Source: Candidatus Bathyarchaeota archaeon
Lineage (GTDB): Archaea; Thermoproteota; Bathyarchaeia; TCS64
Assembly: GCA_020354065.1 (NCBI GenBank)
Contig: CP070640.1
Span: forward strand, 720,043 to 757,321
Reading direction: 5' to 3'
DNA: 37,279 bases
Shown here: positions 35,839 to 37,279 of the stretch, one piece after another
Layout of the letters: every line of letters starts with the position of its first letter
Position numbering within the stretch: position 1 is the stretch's first letter
Program-made: the position numbers and the translations under genes
The notes under the pieces: generated by a model
The model's database searches: none
Seen by the model: only the letters and a program-made list of their open reading frames with translations
What the model was told of the DNA's origin: nothing

Positions 35839-36036
35839 TTAGTCTGAGTCGTAGATAAAAATATCCTCTATTTTGACCTCGAAGTACCTGGCTAACTTGA
35901 AAGCCAGCTCCAGGGAGGGGTTGTAGTTCCTCCTCTCTATCGCTATTATCGTCTGTCTCGTCACGCCTATCGCCCGTGCGAGCTCCTCCTGGGTGATGTT
36001 CTTCATGGCCCTGTACACCTTGAGCTTGGTCTCCAT
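35839..36036 (-). CDS. XRE-family helix-turn-helix transcriptional regulator (short, about 65 aa)
   Basis: ITQEELARAIGVTRQTIIAIERRNYNPSLELAFKLARYF is a canonical HTH_3. The ATG lies 6 nt after the stop of the upstream membrane gene. Confidence 0.85.
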   Translation of the reverse strand: METKLKVYRAMKNITQEELARAIGVTRQTIIAIERRNYNPSLELAFKLARYFEVKIEDIFIYDSD

Positions 36037-36041
36037 GGCAT

Positions 36042-36437
36042 CTACCCGCCGTATTTTCGAGTGTAGTACATCCAGAAGAACAGGCGGAGGATCATGAGGG
36101 CGCATACGACGAAGGCTAGGCCGTAGGCCCACTGAAGATACTCGGGATTGGACGTGTTTCCCAGGTAGAAAAAGACTGCGGAAACTACTAAAGATAAGAG
36201 TGTGAAGGTTGAGAATGTCGCTGCGGAGGCTTTCGTGCTCACTGTGGCGGATCGCTCGTCATGGAGGGGTCCTTCGACTTTTTGTCTGAAGTACACGATG
36301 GACGATACTCCGATCAAAAATGCGGCTATGATCAGGATTGTGTTGTCCTGGTGGAAGCCCAAGCCGAGCAGGAACCCCATCGCGCCCGTTGCGATCATCT
36401 GGTATTTCCAATACGTGCTGGCGTCCAAACTTGCCAC
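36042..36437 (-). CDS. small membrane protein (4 TM; DUF2178-like, tentative)
   Basis: Four hydrophobic helices with a central DERSATVSTKA loop. It is positioned directly upstream of the short XRE regulator, as DUF2178-type genes are. GTG start. Confidence 0.6.
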   Translation of the reverse strand: MASLDASTYWKYQMIATGAMGFLLGLGFHQDNTILIIAAFLIGVSSIVYFRQKVEGPLHDERSATVSTKASAATFSTFTLLSLVVSAVFFYLGNTSNPEYLQWAYGLAFVVCALMILRLFFWMYYTRKYGG

Positions 36438-36441
36438 CTCT

Positions 36442-36499
36442 GTAAAGTTTGTTTAACATAAAGTAATATAAACTTTACTATATGTTTGGTTAAGTTTAC
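36442..36499 (-). promoter_or_regulatory. promoter region with three copies of a GTAAA(G/C)TT motif (candidate XRE operator)
   Basis: On the minus strand, GTAAACTT lies at 36499-36492 and GTAAAGTTT at 36478-36470. An inverted copy, AAACTTTAC, lies at 36450-36442. TTTATATT lies 27 nt upstream of the GTG at 36437. Confidence 0.45.
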
Positions 36500-36526
36500 T
36501 TATTCTACATGCTTGATCTATGGTTA

Positions 36527-36630
36527 TGGCGCCGGGAGAGGGATTCGAACCCTCGCGTCCATACGGACACTAGCTTTCCAGGCCTGAGCCCCACTCGGGT
36601 TAGCTCCCTACCAGGCTAGGAGATCCCGGC
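36527..36630 (-). tRNA. tRNA-Ser(GGA) with a 17-nt intron at non-canonical position 29/30 and encoded CCA
   Basis: Hand fold of the mature form. Acceptor GCCGGGA/TCCCGGC, D-stem TCCT/GGGA, anticodon stem CTAGC/GCTAG with loop CTGGAAA. Long variable arm GTCC-GTAT-GGAC, T-arm GAGGG-TTCGAAT-CCCTC, discriminator G73. The intron at 36584-36600 (ACCCGAGTGGGGCTCAG) sits in a complete hBHBh' motif. Confidence 0.85.
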
Positions 36631-36724
36631 TCAGAATATACCCGCCAAAACACCGATTTAAGGGTTCCACAATCATCCAAGACGTTTATCAGGAACCTCG
36701 CCCCTCTATCCGCGGTGAGACAAG

Positions 36725-37060
36725 ATGCACCAGAACTGGATACAGAGAAGCCAGAACACCCTGAAGCAGATCCGGCAGCTCATGGAGGGCCCCGACCAGG
36801 ACAGGCTGGAGCTCGTGCGGGTCATGCGCTTCGCCTTCGGCGCTCTCGGCCAGAGCCTGGCCGGCTGGATGCAGTGGGTCAATAGCCCTGAGATCATGTC
36901 CAACTTCACCAGGGAAGAGCTGGAAGAGATGGCGAAGACCGTCACCGGCATGGTGGAGCAGTTCATCTCTTACGACATAGACGTCACCGACAAGGGCACC
37001 AGGAAGGGCCTTGCCAAGCAGAGGGCCGACGACCAGCAAGGCGTCCGCTTCGTGATATAG
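36725..37060 (+). CDS. conserved archaeal hypothetical protein (DUF2153-like, tentative)
   Basis: 111-aa helical ORF. LAGWMQWVNSPEIMSNFTREELEEM resembles DUF2153/COG4008 from memory. Confidence 0.55.
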   Translation: MHQNWIQRSQNTLKQIRQLMEGPDQDRLELVRVMRFAFGALGQSLAGWMQWVNSPEIMSNFTREELEEMAKTVTGMVEQFISYDIDVTDKGTRKGLAKQRADDQQGVRFVI

Positions 37061-37200
37061 GCGGCTTGGGCACTCTCGAATACGAGTGATCCCCCCCGAT
37101 TCTGAAAGCCCCGCGGCTACGCGTGCGGGGCAGCAGCCCCATCAAGAGCCGGCATAAAAACAATATTTTTCATCGATAGCCCATATATCAGGGATCCATC

Positions 37201-37279
37201 TTGGAGGAGCGCGTTCTCAAGCTTCACGAGGAGGCAGTGGTGGTGGACACCCACTGCGACACCCTGAAATGCCTCATGC
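37201..37279 (+). CDS. possible membrane dipeptidase (peptidase M19), 3'-truncated at window edge
   Basis: TTG start. LEERVLKLHEEAVVVDTHCDTL matches the M19 N-terminal HxD metal motif. The AT box cataaaaacaatattttt lies 30-45 nt upstream. Confidence 0.4.
   Translation, partial: MEERVLKLHEEAVVVDTHCDTLKCLM

Noticed and set aside
36527-36630. A canonical 37/38 intron, or another anticodon (CGA, or CAG for Leu), for the 104-nt tRNA.
   Set aside because: The candidate loops CCCGAGT (no U33) and CTCAGGC lack complementary 5-bp stems. Only the 29/30 solution gives a perfect anticodon stem plus a complete BHB.
1-37279. CRISPR arrays, rRNA genes, transposases, integrases, and toxin-antitoxin or known defence genes.
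   Set aside because: I saw no spaced direct-repeat array, no rRNA-like conserved blocks, and no ORF with DDE, tyrosine-recombinase, nuclease or helicase defence hallmarks. This is a visual scan only and is not exhaustive.

Overview
This is a high-GC (about 60% by spot counts) chromosomal segment, almost certainly archaeal. The evidence for that is a bulge-helix-bulge tRNA intron, AT-rich TATA-like boxes 25-40 nt upstream of many starts, and genes of the AlaX, ComB, creatininase/ArfB, DUF1724-HTH and DUF2153 types. About 45 protein genes are densely packed on both strands. They include lemA-htpX, alaX, mscL, an OYE flavoprotein, DUF169, HIT and DUF362-ferredoxin. Further along are a creatininase-family protein, a DNPH1-like protein, a nitroreductase, a SIMPL protein, two MFS transporters and CapA. 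The right half carries a C_GCAxxG_C_C protein, a BKACE/Kce-family enzyme, serS, comB-like, amidinotransferase-fold, MBL and GNAT genes, plus an XRE-HTH/membrane/ABC exporter operon. RNA features are one tRNA-Ser(GGA) carrying a 17-nt intron at the non-canonical 29/30 position, and a decayed tRNA 3'-end copy 3.2 kb away. I saw no rRNA, CRISPR array, transposase or integrase. The best candidates for something undescribed are: (1) an orphan GlmL/MutL-type ASKHA ATPase flanked by two uncharacterised proteins, with no mutase partner in the window; (2) the ABC cassette bracketed by the tRNA-Ser gene and its degenerate 3' copy; (3) a co-directional run of redox genes from poorly characterised families; (4) an AT-rich ~850-bp gap with no confident gene. 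All family calls rest on motif recognition by eye. No database search was run.
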